DNA from: Podarcis gaigeae
Lineage: Eukaryota
Reading direction: 5' to 3' (one strand)
DNA length: 64,000 nucleotides
NCBI GenBank assembly: GCA_964106915.2
Contig: OZ066922.1
A program made the translations under genes and the position numbers. Under the pieces are notes generated by a model. That model was not told the origin of the DNA. It was given only the letters and a program-made list of their open reading frames with translations, and did no database searches. Positions 11,841-23,646 of the stretch are shown here, piece by piece; the first letter of the stretch is position 1; each line of letters begins with the position of its first letter.

Positions 11841-13743
11841 TAAATTTATTTTGCAGACTCTTGACAAATTGCCTTCCATATATTTTCACATTTCAAAAGC
11901 AGGTTGAAGATATAGATATTCAGCCTGCTCCATAATGTTTGTGGTGCCAAGAGCACAGGAGATTATGGAAGGAGATTAATAAGTTTTATAATAATAGTCA
12001 TTTGGAGCATGAAAATCAGATTAGGTGAAAACTCTGAATAAATGGAGAAAGAAATTGATTTCCTGAGTCTGAATGAATAAGGAAGAAATAGCTGCATTTT
12101 GTGGCCACTAAACATAGTTGACCAAGCTGCTGAGCAAGATACGAGAAGGTGAGCACTACATCAGAGGGTAATATGAACAGTAACTTATTACACCTGAAGG
12201 CACGGTAGTTGCTAGGTGTTTGTGAAAGCAGCGGCATTCTAGAGTAAACCTGCCAACCTAGGCAAGCAATTGTAAATCTCTTTTCCCCCACCTGCCAAAT
12301 TTACTGTTCCTCTTGATATTCATTTATACAGTGGAAAGACACATCAAAGAAGGGCTCAAACAATGTAGTGCTTTCTTTTGAATTACCTGCCAGCGGCAAC
12401 TTCACACACAAACACACATAAAGGTTTCTGCTGGCAGTATGTGAATCTGCACAAGTGACAGAAGGATGGGAAAGTGTCCACTTCTCCTGGTAATCGGCTG
12501 GTGTTTTGTTTATATGGATGGCATTTGTTACAGAAAATCCATGTTCCCCCCCCTTTCTTTCAGGGGTGGGACATGCATCTCTCTGTCTCGAGGGGGGAAA
12601 GGAAATACATTTTATTTGTCAAATATTTTTGTAGCTTTGCATGCATGCAGAGAGTGCTTGCCATAGTGATGAGTTCCAGCCTCCTACCTCATGTGCAGTT
12701 CCATGCATACATGTAGGAGAGGGGCTGGATCATTCCCTGACTGTCCTTTATCTAAAACAGTGAGAGCAGGTGTACCATTTTGGAGGAAATTACCTTTTTT
12801 TTGCAGGAGAATCTAGGAATTCTATCTAGAATCTCACATTAATTATTTTACATTTTAGTGTTGATTCTCCCAGCAGAAGTTTCTAGCTATTTCTACAGTG
12901 TAAAGCATGCTGCTTTTTTTTTTTACCTTCTCTGTGTTTTCTTTCTAAATGTTTACTTGCTTTTGAAATGTGTGAGTTAATATGACAATAACAATTTCAG
13001 AAGAATCTAGATTTGTTTCTTTTCAGTGTGATACAGTCCACTCTTTGTAATATGTTGGTGTGTGAGAGACTATCTGCTTGTATGAAAATGTTCACATATT
13101 TTATTTGAGGGTTCCCTCTTTTCTCAGTGAGAAGTATAAGCAATTCAAAGAGGGATTTATTTAAAAAATGCTTCTTTTTTAATGAATGGTTTGCATAGAT
13201 CTGTACTGAATAGTTCTTGTTACAACCACATTCGGATGTGTGGGAGTGAAAGGATTTCTTAGAAGACTGATTCTCTTCATCACACATATTTAAAATTTAG
13301 CACATAGTAAAAAGAACGAGTCGCTTTGTTCTAATCTGATCCATTGTCAGTTGGCCACAAATATGAGCTTGGCATTTAATAATCGGGTCTTCCCTAATAA
13401 GTAATAAAGCGAAAATATGATGTGCCAATAAAAGCCTGATGGAAATTTTTAGTTAAATGCTAACAGTAAAAAGTAGATAAAACTCAATCACAACCAAATA
13501 ATCATCTGCTCCAGAAAGGCCACCATGTGTATGCCACCTCCCGTTTGGGGTTGTTTTTTTGAAGGATGGGCAGGTGCTGTGACCTAAGGCCCCTCATACT
13601 CATGTCTCCCAGTTCGGAGAGGTGCAAGTGTCTCTAGTAGTGAACAAGCATGTTGGAGATTGTTTATTCCTTAAACGGCTCTAGGCATTTTCTCTTGCTT
13701 CCATACTTAGAATTTTCTTTTTCCTCCCAAATAACACAGCAGG

Positions 13744-13876
13744 CATGGGTGTAGCGGGGGGGGGGGGGAGGGAGGGAAAATTGCCTCCTCCAAAAAACCA
13801 GTAAAAATACATAGCCAGCTGAAGTTATGCCCCCCTAACAAAAAGCCTGCCCCCCCAAATCCTGGCTACACCCATG
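13744..13876. mobile_element. Short hAT-like MITE
   Basis: TIRs catgggtgtagc and gctacacccatg; degenerate TSD. Confidence 0.65.
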
Positions 13877-15012
13877 GCTGCAGGTCTGAGTCTGGTTATG
13901 CCCTAGTAAGATTTCAGAGTGTTTAAAATGGTTTGCAGCTTCAATGATTTAAACTATTTTGGAACTTTTTCAGTTTGTTTCTGGATACACTTGATCTCTT
14001 TAAGCCGGCGGAAGTGAAGATGCATTTTTAAAAATTGCTATGCAGATTCAGTGACTTATTTAATCAGAAGGCATGGTAGATATTTATTTTAAAATTTTAT
14101 AAATATAATGGTTGTGCAAGAAAAGCCTGTTGTAATTCATCTTGGCTTAGACACATCATCATCACACACACTTGGATATGATCTGTATAAACAACTAAAG
14201 GTTTGGTATGTGTGGACTTTCCAAAGAGGCATATGCAAACATAATGCATTCCTATGTAACAATTAACCATACTATGCTTGTTTTCAAACAGGGTAATAAA
14301 CAGATGATTATTAAATTGAGCAACTGACTTGCACATACCAAAATTCACTTGCTAAAAGCTATAACAATATTACTGAGTACATCTGTTAAAAGGAAAATGA
14401 AAGCCAAGAATGTCTTCGTAAACATGCCCTTATTCCTCTGCACAGTCATATTGACCTCAGTAGAATAATTTGCCTTGATTTCTGTATTCATATCTTCAAA
14501 TCAGTACTTTTTATTTCCAGTATTTTAGTACCTTTCAGCTAAGTATGTGAATTGCTTCACAGACATTCCCCTTAATTATTATAGAGGGAGGTGTTTCTGA
14601 TCCTGATTAGATTAGATATGATGTAGTTAGCCATCCTCATCAGCATATGTGCCAAACTCTCAGTAAAGGTTTGGAAAATACCACCACAGCCCTCTGATTT
14701 TGACTTCTAGTATTACACAAATATGATGACATTTATATGGACAATTATTTCAACAATCTTGTCTGTGAATGATGCTGACTGGAGAAGAGCTTGTTACTAT
14801 GGCAGCTAATGCTGTTCTAGGACACATCACATTCATTGTGTTGGAAGGAACCCACCCCTTTGCTGTGACTAATGTTGCAAGTGAAAGCATTACAAGTTGG
14901 GGGGGGGGGAGAGAAATAAGCTACATTTCAAACTTGCTATTGAGGACTGGCCAAAATGAAGAGTGAAAACCCAAAACTTAAGTTATGTAGAAATGAAAAG
15001 CTGTGATCTAAT

Positions 15013-15201
15013 GTCAAAACAAAAAAAAATTCCTTCCAGTAGCACCTTAAAGACCAACTAAATTAGTTCTTGGTATGAGGTTTCGTGTGCATGCACACGA
15101 AAGCTCATACCAAGAACTAACTTAGTTGGTCTTTAAGGTGCTACTGGAAGGAATTTTTTTTGTTTTGACTATGGCAGACCAACACGGCTACCTATCTGTA
15201 A
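15013..15201. mobile_element. Penelope-like element remnant forming a ~157-bp fold-back
   Basis: Arms 15013-15091 and 15092-15169; flanking direct repeat ctgtgatctaatgt at 15001 and 15202. Sequence resembles recalled squamate Penelope-like termini. Confidence 0.7.
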
Positions 15202-18200
15202 CTGTGATCTAATGTGTCAGCCATGGAATGAATGAGTACACCTGACATCTCCTTCTTACATGCCAGAATAAAAGACACTAACTCTGAAACTGAACTTGGT
15301 GTAACTGACGGCCTTGCTTTTGGATCATGTTTTGGCGAGGCTGAAAATGATGTGCCAATTTATTTGCAGAGTGTTTTACTTGTGTCACAATTCTGTGAAG
15401 TTGTCTATATATTTCGTGACCATAAATTATATCCCATGCTTCCATACACTCAAGGTGGCTGAAGCTTTCCCTACTGCCTAGTTACGGGAGCATATAGTGG
15501 TTTTGTTTTATTTGTTTATTGGTTCATAAGAAAAAACCTCCAGAATCCAGAGTTTTTAAGGAAGATGGCAGATATCCCATAGGAGGAATCCATTCCTTTG
15601 AGAGATCAATTCTAACCCCTGAGCCCTACTCTTCGCTGTGTGTGTGTGGGCGCATGTGTGTGCGTGTTTGTGGTAAGATATGGTGGAGATATCCTTCCAC
15701 CTGGCACTGGTGATCTCTGCCTGCCTGGGAGGTGAGGGGTGTCTGCAGCCAAGGTTGAGGACCCTACTGCACCCACCAGTGGCATAGGCAGTCAACAGGC
15801 AGCTACTAAAGGTGTTCCCACCACCGTAGCTGATGTAAGGCCCCCAAGAATGGCATTGGGGCAGAATTGGACCAGCCTTGCATTTTCTAGATCCTAAACT
15901 ATTCCAGCAGCCAGAGTGTCTTCTCTGCTGTGGCAGCCTGGAGCTGGCACACCAGAATTCACAAATAGCTCCCTTCACACACACATATTCTGCCCTGGCC
16001 GGCTCAAATAGCAGAACTCCAGATGGAGCAGTAACTCTACCACACCACTAGCTGGGAATTAGGATGCAACCTGCCCCGTGTAGTAGGCAAGCAGGGTTGA
16101 TGAAGTCCACTCATAGCCACTGGGGATCTAAGCTCCTATTACTTCTGCACCTCACCCTTGCTCAGAACAATTCGCCAGGATTTTGTTTTAGTTTTTTGAA
16201 TGGGGACAGCAGCATTGCAGTGATCCATCTTAAGTGGGGTGGCGACCCAATTATGGTTCACGACACATTTGTTGAATGCGAGTGCTCTAAAGCACCAAGT
16301 AACTGCTACGTTCTGATGTAGTGACAAAAGAAACACTTCAGAAGGCCAGAACTAATCTAGTAGAATTGGAGCTGTTTCTGAGGCCTAGCTCTGCTCCCAT
16401 AAAGAAATGCACTTTCTTGTTTATAAATATGTTGCTGCAAAACATAATTTTGTATTGCTGCCTTCAATTATGCTACCGATACAATCTGCGTTGATGAATT
16501 TTCTGCAGCTGTCCTCTGGTGTAACTTTTTCCCTTCATTTAAATAGCGCTTTAAAATAAAGTATTTTTATGAAGTGTCTATTAAAGGAATTTGCCATTTG
16601 AAGTAATTATGCTGTCATAAAATGAAATAGAAGTCTTTTGTGTAGCCAATCAAGAAACAGCCTACAATCATGATGTGCTAAATGTGAGGTTGCGACAGCA
16701 AAGTTTTACATGTTAACCTTGCATATTAGTAGTTCTATATGTGCTGCACATATTTTCTAATTTTTTTCCTTTGATGTGACAATTGCATTAGAATTTATAT
16801 TTTTTTAAAATCGTTTAATTTTTAATCATGTACTCAATGCGCTGTCTGACTAAATTGAACATGGTTTCTGCAGCTGTTTGTCATCCTCCAGGAGGGCAGT
16901 GAATATACAATCCTTGTGCCATGTTGCGTACTTGCTGTGTGCCATGTTATATACTTGCTTCCTTTGTACCATACTGACTACCAGCTGTGGGAAAATAATA
17001 AGTTTGGGAGGACGGTGGAGGGGGGAGATTATTGGTTTTGTCTCCCCCTTGTTTTCATTATGTATTTTGTGTTTTTATATATTTTTTATGCCTTTGAACC
17101 CCTCTGCAATCTTCAGATGAGGGGTGGTATACACATTTAACAAACAAACAAATAAATCTATTAAAATAAAATATGTATTTCATAGGTGTAAAGAGCCAAG
17201 AACGATGTTGCTTTTATTAGGATAACTGCAAAAGCTTGCAGATTGCAAAATTCCAAATAGGTAGTGGTGGGCTGCATGGATTGGTCCATTTTTACTCCAG
17301 CGTGGGGTCTGAATTTTTAAAGAATTCCTACCTCATAGAAAAGTAATAAAAGCATGCATGGGATTGCAACTTCTGTTAAGCTGAAGTGATTTTTACCCGG
17401 CAATTGCATGGATTTCCTCACCCAGGTCTATGCCCGGTACATATGATGGCTATTTAGGATGAAAAGGAAGCAGTTCCTTCCCAGCCCGCTTATAATAAAG
17501 CAATAAGTAGTCCAGAAGGCTTCAGGAGACAAAGTGGGTGTCCCAAATTACTTCAGCTAGCTTTGTTTCCAGGATGAAAACAAGCAACATAAAAATTGAA
17601 TAAATATACATGAAATACACACACAAAAAGGCTGTGTTTATCTCTGGATACGCATGCCTAACTCCCGCATGAGTTACCGCAACTGATCACAGATGTTAAG
17701 AAAAGAAGGAATGCAATATGTGTCATATACCCACCAGCTGTGGCCAATATCTGCAGCAGGCATCTTTCCCCTAATGTTCTGATTTTGTAGTTCTTCTTGC
17801 CGAAATGTTAATTGAAATGTTTGCATATGGGAAAAAGAAAACCCTCAAGAACACGAAATAATTCTTTCCTACCCCCTCCCAACATAGGTCTCGTGTGTAC
17901 ATTCTACTGCACAAAGTTTGATGTGACACATCTGGCTGGCAGTGTCTGTGGGTTGTGTGTTAGGATCACCACAGCAAAGAAACATTATGCAATAAAGAAT
18001 AGCAATCAAGCATACTCACATAAGTTCTGTGCTTCTAAAAAGCAATAATGGGTCCCAAAATGTTTCAGGCTGGTTAAATTTATAATTGAATTATACTGTC
18101 ATCTTTAGCCAGGCAACAATAAGCTTACAAGTGTGGATGTCTCTTAAAAACTAACAGTGTAAACCTATGCATGCCCACTTAAAAGTAAGTTCTATTAATT

Positions 18201-18508
18201 TCAGTGGGTTTTACTCAGCCTAAAGGTCCCAGTGCACATTGTCACATGTAATGGCCCTGGATGTAGATACACATCAGCTGAGTTAGCATTGTGATGTAAA
18301 TGGAAATGAACATGCAGAGTGACCTGCATCTAAATTTATAACTCAGCCTGGTGAAAATCTGACTTTAGGCCAGCCCTACCATTGGGCAGCATGTGAGAGA
18401 CATCTGAGGTGGTGGGTGCTGGTATATAAGGAGGAGCAGCAGTGGCAACCCCCCCAGCTCAACTGTGATTTTGAGCCCTACTGGCCATTTCCCTCTATTA
18501 AGGGAAAT

Positions 18509-18625
18509 TTGTTGTTGTTGTTTAGTCGTTTAGTCGTGTCCGACTCTTCGTGACCCCATGGACCAGAGCACGCCAGGCACTCCTGTCTTCCACTTCCTCC
18601 CACAGTTTGGTCAAATTCATGTTAG
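18509..18625 (-). mobile_element. RTE-BovB LINE 3' end
   Basis: agtcgtgtccgactcttcgtgaccccatggaccagagcacgccaggc is the characteristic BovB terminus; (caa)n tail. Confidence 0.85.
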
Positions 18626-18782
18626 GAGCTCTTTGTTATTCTGACACTTGCTCTGTTATTTTAAAAGCAACAGATTTTGTGGAGTCTACAGAAAGTCTCT
18701 TCAGGGTCCAGATGTGGCCTGTAGATTAACCACACCCACTTTAAACAAAGAAAATAATGGAGAAGACTTTTAGTAATGGACA

Positions 18783-19010
18783 GAGCCAGTGGTTAGTATT
18801 GGGCTAGGACCTGGAAAACTAAGGTTCAAATCTCCACTCAGACATGAAGTTCACTGGATGACCTTGGGCCAGTCATAGTCTCTCAGCCAAAAATACCTTG
18901 CAGGGTTGTTCTGAGGATAAAATGAGAGAGGCGGAACAAATCAATAATGGAGAGTGGGAGGTCCTTGGAGGAAGGTTGGTATAGAAATTTAATAATAATA
19001 ATAATTAATA
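18783..19010 (+). mobile_element. Old MIR/CORE-type SINE
   Basis: tRNA-like boxes (agtggttag, ggttcaaatc), CORE-like gaccttgggccagtca...agggttgttctgaggataaa, (taa)n tail. Confidence 0.65.
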
Positions 19011-19789
19011 ATAGAAATATTTTTAGGATTTTTGTTGTTGTTCAAAATTAAGAAAAAAAAATATTCCTGAGAGCTCTGAGGTAGATTTGTGGCAATACAT
19101 GATTGTAAGGGTAGGGGAAATAGTGTTGCCTTTAACTGTAATACTTTGATTGTGAATCTTAGGATATTGTATAGGCCTGATTGTATTCGCTTTTGGTCCA
19201 CTTCAACAAGACAAATTTCCTACATTAAAAAGCATTTCAATGAAGTATTTTGCAACATGGGCCGATTATACATAAGAACATTGGAAGAGCCCTGCAGGGT
19301 CACGTGAAAGGCCCATAGCAGTCTGTTCCCACAGCGGCTAGCAAGATGCCTATGGGAACCCCACAAGCAGGACTTGAATGTCCTGGTTTTGTTCCTCAAC
19401 AGCTAATATTCATAGGCATGTCTTCAGAGTAATGTGTATGTCCAATCATCACTTCAGAAACTGTTCATAATACTAAAGACATTCACATTGTCCCGTGAAA
19501 CAGTGTGTGTTAAGCAGTCTTCTGTGCTACACCTCCAGCCAGAATACTGATTAATCACAAGGCTTATGCCAAGGAGGACTTCAGTTTAGAGCTTTAAGAG
19601 TAATGTAGCTGGTGCATAACATAAGCCTTCGGGTCATTAACAATTAAGCTAACTTCAGAGTTTAGCTATGTGCAAAACTATATTGTTAGTAACCTTCTAG
19701 CTACCATGGAACAATCTTGTTTTCTAGCCAAAACAAGTCAACAGGTTTACTCTGCAAATTGTTGTGGCTGCTTTATGATGGGACTCACT

Positions 19790-20258
19790 CATACTGTGGA
19801 AGTGTTTTGCTTCAGATGTTTGGACACGTAAATAGTTTCTGAAAGTGAACTTGATTGCTCTGATGATGTTTTTAAAAATAGTACTGTATTTAAGCTTCAC
19901 GTTGCTTCTGCCCTCCCACACTGCAACGGTCTGGCAGCCCTGCCTCAGCCCTTACTCAGCACAATATCAGTGCAGTTCACTTTGTTCCAGTAAGGAGCCT
20001 CATCGTTGTTGAAATTTGGCAGCTGTTGTTTCCTTCATGCTCTGTGCTCTCAGTAGACCCGACTGCAAAATGAAACCTTTAGCCTGCAGAAGTTTGTTCC
20101 TCAAACAAGATAAAATATGTATGTGGACTGCAACTGTAGCCCTTAGAACATTTAGTTCCTCAAAAGGGTTTTGCTTTTGCAGGCACTTCCTGTATTTTAG
20201 AAGTGTGTGGATGTGAAAACATCGTAAAGAGCTGCACAAGTTAACTTTTATTTTAATC
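19790..20258 (+). promoter_or_regulatory. Candidate internal promoter / 5' UTR of the short MARCHF1 isoform
   Basis: ETS/PU.1-like GGAAGTG at 19798 and CACTTCCTG at 20184; IRF-like GAAAGTGAAC at 19841 and AAAATGAAAC at 20067; all immediately upstream of ATG 20259. Confidence 0.4.
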
Positions 20259-20333
20259 ATGTGGAAAAGCAGTAAAATATCGACTCTTTATTTCATTGAT
20301 AAAGATTCCAAATTATCTAACTTCTTTCAACAG
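20259..20333 (+). CDS. MARCHF1: Alternative N-terminus of a short MARCHF1 isoform ([25 protein letters not shown]), reading directly into the exon at 20334
   Basis: ATG at 20259 with A at -3; 25 open codons in frame with the ASSP exon; in-frame stop upstream at 20214-20216. Resembles the recalled N-terminus of the human short isoform (MWKKSKISTMYYLNQDAKLSNLFLQ). Confidence 0.75.
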
Positions 20334-20413
20334 GCAAGCAGTCCTACCACAGGGACAGCACCCAGAAGCCAGTCACGGTTATCTGTCTGCCCTTCTACTC
20401 AGGACATCTGTAG
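20334..20413 (+). CDS. MARCHF1: MARCHF1 exon ([27 protein letters not shown])
   Basis: caacag acceptor and gtacgt donor; 80 nt, phase 0-2. The peptide matches the recalled mammalian MARCH1 segment. Confidence 0.97.
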
Positions 20414-20697
20414 GTACGTGATAAAAGAGTGGTCCTAATATGATTGATGCATAGTCTTCTTTATCTAATGATCCATAGCTCTTGCTTTTGCCTAACCCCC
20501 CCTCCATGGATTTACATTCAAATCTACTTTTGGTTTGTCATTTTCAGTGTTTTGTTATGTCTTTTCCATATCTTTTTTTCTGTTTAAGTCATAATTATTT
20601 TTGTTTTCATTTCAAAATCCTGATTTGTTTCGTTTCTTTCTCTCTCTTTTCGTTTTATCATTTTCCATCCATCTCCTTCGCTTGCTGCTTTGTTTAG

Positions 20698-21447
20698 ACC
20701 TCCCACCTTGCATGACATATCAGAAGATAAGTTTGAAAACTCGACCCCTGTCACGGTACTGAGTCCAGCTAGTAAAGAAACTGGTAGGAAACAAGTGAAG
20801 CGAAGGGTTAGGCGGAGGAAAGAGCCTGAGGAGAATGATGGGCATGCAGAAAAGCAAAAAAGAGAGAAGGGTGGCAAGTTGCACCCCAACATTGCAAATC
20901 GTGCATGGAATGCCTTGCGCAAAGTATCATCCGATTCATCATCTTCAGATGAGAACCACTGGGCCCTGGTTAGAAAGAGAGAGAGAGCCAACATGCCCAG
21001 GAGAATGAGAAGGCGGAGTACTTCAAACACTCGGACAGATGATTCTTCCAGGAAGAATGCCATTGAACTTGTAACTGTGGGGACAGGTGGGGAAAAGAAG
21101 CAAGAGGAGAAGATTGAGCCTGAAGGCTGCACTCCTAGTCACCGCAGGAGAAGGATCTCACGGTGTAAAGAGACCTGCCGCTCACCGTCTTCTGTGGAGG
21201 CAAGGAGCTCCTTTAGACAAGGTGGGAAACACCAGGACAAGTGCAGCCGCAAGAATCCAGAGCCTTCAAGGAACATGAGACGAGTCAAAGCAAGCAAGGG
21301 CGAAAGTGGTTCAGAGAAAGGCCCAGACAGTGATATTTTGTCAGTTCCAGAAAATGGAGTACCTGCTGGGACAGGGCTTGCTGCATCGGCTGCTGTTCAG
21401 AAACCTGCGTTTTATGATGAGTTGTCTGATGATTTCGAAGTGTGCAG
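20698..21447 (+). CDS. MARCHF1: MARCHF1 large cassette exon (250 codons, charged and low-complexity, ending FYDELSDDFEVC-R)
   Basis: Long pyrimidine tract with tttag acceptor and gtttgt donor; 750 nt, phase 2-2, fully open (ORF 20690-21460). Long MARCHF1/MARCHF8 isoforms with an insert at this position are known. Confidence 0.85.
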
Positions 21448-22909
21448 GTTTGTCTCCTAATGCAAAAGGAATTTCTAAGTGCTATGAATTATATAAAGGA
21501 GATGGTTGGTTGTTGTTTTTCCTCCCTGATTCATACTGCTTTTGGTGTCTAGATACATAAGAACCATGCTTAGCAACTAAACAGCAGCAGGTAGTCTGGG
21601 TTTCATACAGACTTTAATCTTGGAATCACAAAAACCATCTTGAGACATGATATTGGGTCATATTTTAAAAAGTTGTTAAAATGCAATAGGATATAGAATC
21701 CTCTTTCAGAGTGCTCCTTTTATGTTGTGGTGGGATTTTTGAGACGCTGTGTGCATGGCAAGAACACTATTGCATTGAAAAGTATATGTTCTCCTGATGA
21801 TATGAATTATAACCTACTTTCCTAGGCTTGTCATCAATCTATAGTTTTAAGTAGCACTATGCAAGTTATTATGCCTATATAATTATATGAACATAGGCAT
21901 GATAGCTACAGTTCTGCCTCCACTGTAAGAGGCAATATGCTTCCGAATAACAGTTCCTGGGAATCAGAAGGAGGAAGAGTACTATTGCAGCCAGCTGCTG
22001 CTTGCAAAATTCTCATAGGCAACTGTTAGAACAGGATGCTGGACTAGCTGGTCCTTTGCCCGTGATCCAGTTGCTTACTGTTGGAGATTTGTGATAATAA
22101 GCTTTCCTCCAGTTTTATTTATTCTAAAAAATTTTTAAAAAATCTATCCCACCTTTCTAGTCCCCATGTACTACTCAAGGCAGCTTTCAGTAATTTAATG
22201 CAATTTAAAAAAAAATACAGTTAATCAAACAATAAGCAACATTAAAATCCACTGAAAAGCAACAGCAGCAGATATCACAAGATCCCTGTTTTACTCCCTT
22301 ATCATGCCGTAAATGGTCCATGTAATCATTGTGTGACTGGTCCTTACATGTTGCTAAAAGATCTGCTGGCTTTCTTTTGTGATGACCTAGGCAGAAGTGT
22401 GCATAAGTGGAATTGAAATGAGGAAATGTTTTGAGTCATATAAGTGGATAAGGCTCAAAATCAGCTGTTACTTTTTGGATGTAGAGATTGCACCAGTTGC
22501 CTTCGAAATATAGAAATTTGGCAAATGTGAAAATATCAATCAGAACTACTTTATATAAAGGAAAAACAGTTGCCTGATATATCTTAACAATAGTGCCTGT
22601 GCTAGAATCGGCTTTCCTTTCCCCCCAGACTGCAAGCAATTATGCTCTAGCTCAGGGCTGACTCACCTATGAGGCAAGATGAAGTGACTGCCTCAGGCAG
22701 CAGGATCACAGGGGCAGCAGATCCTGTTGTAGATCTTAGCCTGTCTTCTCCCTACAACCAAGACATAGGCATGATCAAAGCCTACCAAGTGAAGCATGAC
22801 TTTGTTTTTGTAACTCAGACCATGTGCACCTTTTGGGGCAATGTGATTTTTTAAAAAGGGGGCAGTTATGTGGGGCCTTGGAGATACACCCACGAGGGAC
22901 TCATTCACA

Positions 22910-23157
22910 AGAAGAAGAGAAGAGGAGAAGAGTTTGGATTTGATATCTCGCCTTTCACTCGCCTTCAGGAGTCTCAAAGCGGCTAACATTCTCCTTTCCC
23001 TTCCTCCCCCACAACAAACACTCTGTGAGGTGAGTGGGGCTGAGAGACTTCAGAGAAGTGTGACTGGCCCAAGGTCACCCAGCAGCTGCAGGTGGAGGAG
23101 CGGAGACTCGAACCCAGTACCCCAGATTACAAGACCACCGCTCTTAACCACTACACA
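22910..23157 (-). mobile_element. tRNA/CORE SINE (Squam3-like)
   Basis: Minus-strand head gtgtagtggttaagagcgg...gggttcgagtc, CORE gtgaccttgggccagtcac, (tct)n tail. Confidence 0.8.
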
Positions 23158-23431
23158 AAGCAGAGTTCTGTGGGGATTTTGCATTTCATGGTGATTGCTT
23201 TAAAATGTGTTTTATGAGCCGATGGATTTAGTTGCATGCATCAGCCTGTGTACATAATTGAGTCACAGCTGTAATCTACTATAGTGTAAATATAGTAATG
23301 TCTACAGGAAGTGTGCAACTAATATCATCTGGACCTCATATATAGTGAGGACTTGACTGGGCCATATATTGATGGACTGGAATAGAAATAACCATTGTGT
23401 ATAAAAAGTTGAATCAATGATGACTCCTGAG

Positions 23432-23646
23432 CATAGCTGTGAAGCGTCCCTTATTTGGCAGGACAGTCCCTTATCCCAGCGCCTTGTCCCGCTGCTGTCC
23501 CTTATTGATGAGGCTTCGTTTGGCTGCTGGCTGGGCTTTCTGCCTTTGGCTCAGAGGGGCTCAGAGGTTGAACATACCTGTGCCTGGAAAATCCCTTATT
23601 TTGGCTGCTGGTCCCTTATTTTCAAATCTGTAAGTTGACAGCTATG
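23432..23646. mobile_element. hAT MITE
   Basis: TIRs catagctgt and acagctatg; 8-bp TSD ctcctgag at 23424-23431 and 23647-23654; subterminal cccttat repeats. Confidence 0.9.

Noticed and set aside
20584-21132. 182-aa antisense ORF
   Set aside because: It is the shadow of the purine-rich MARCHF1 cassette exon, with no independent evidence.
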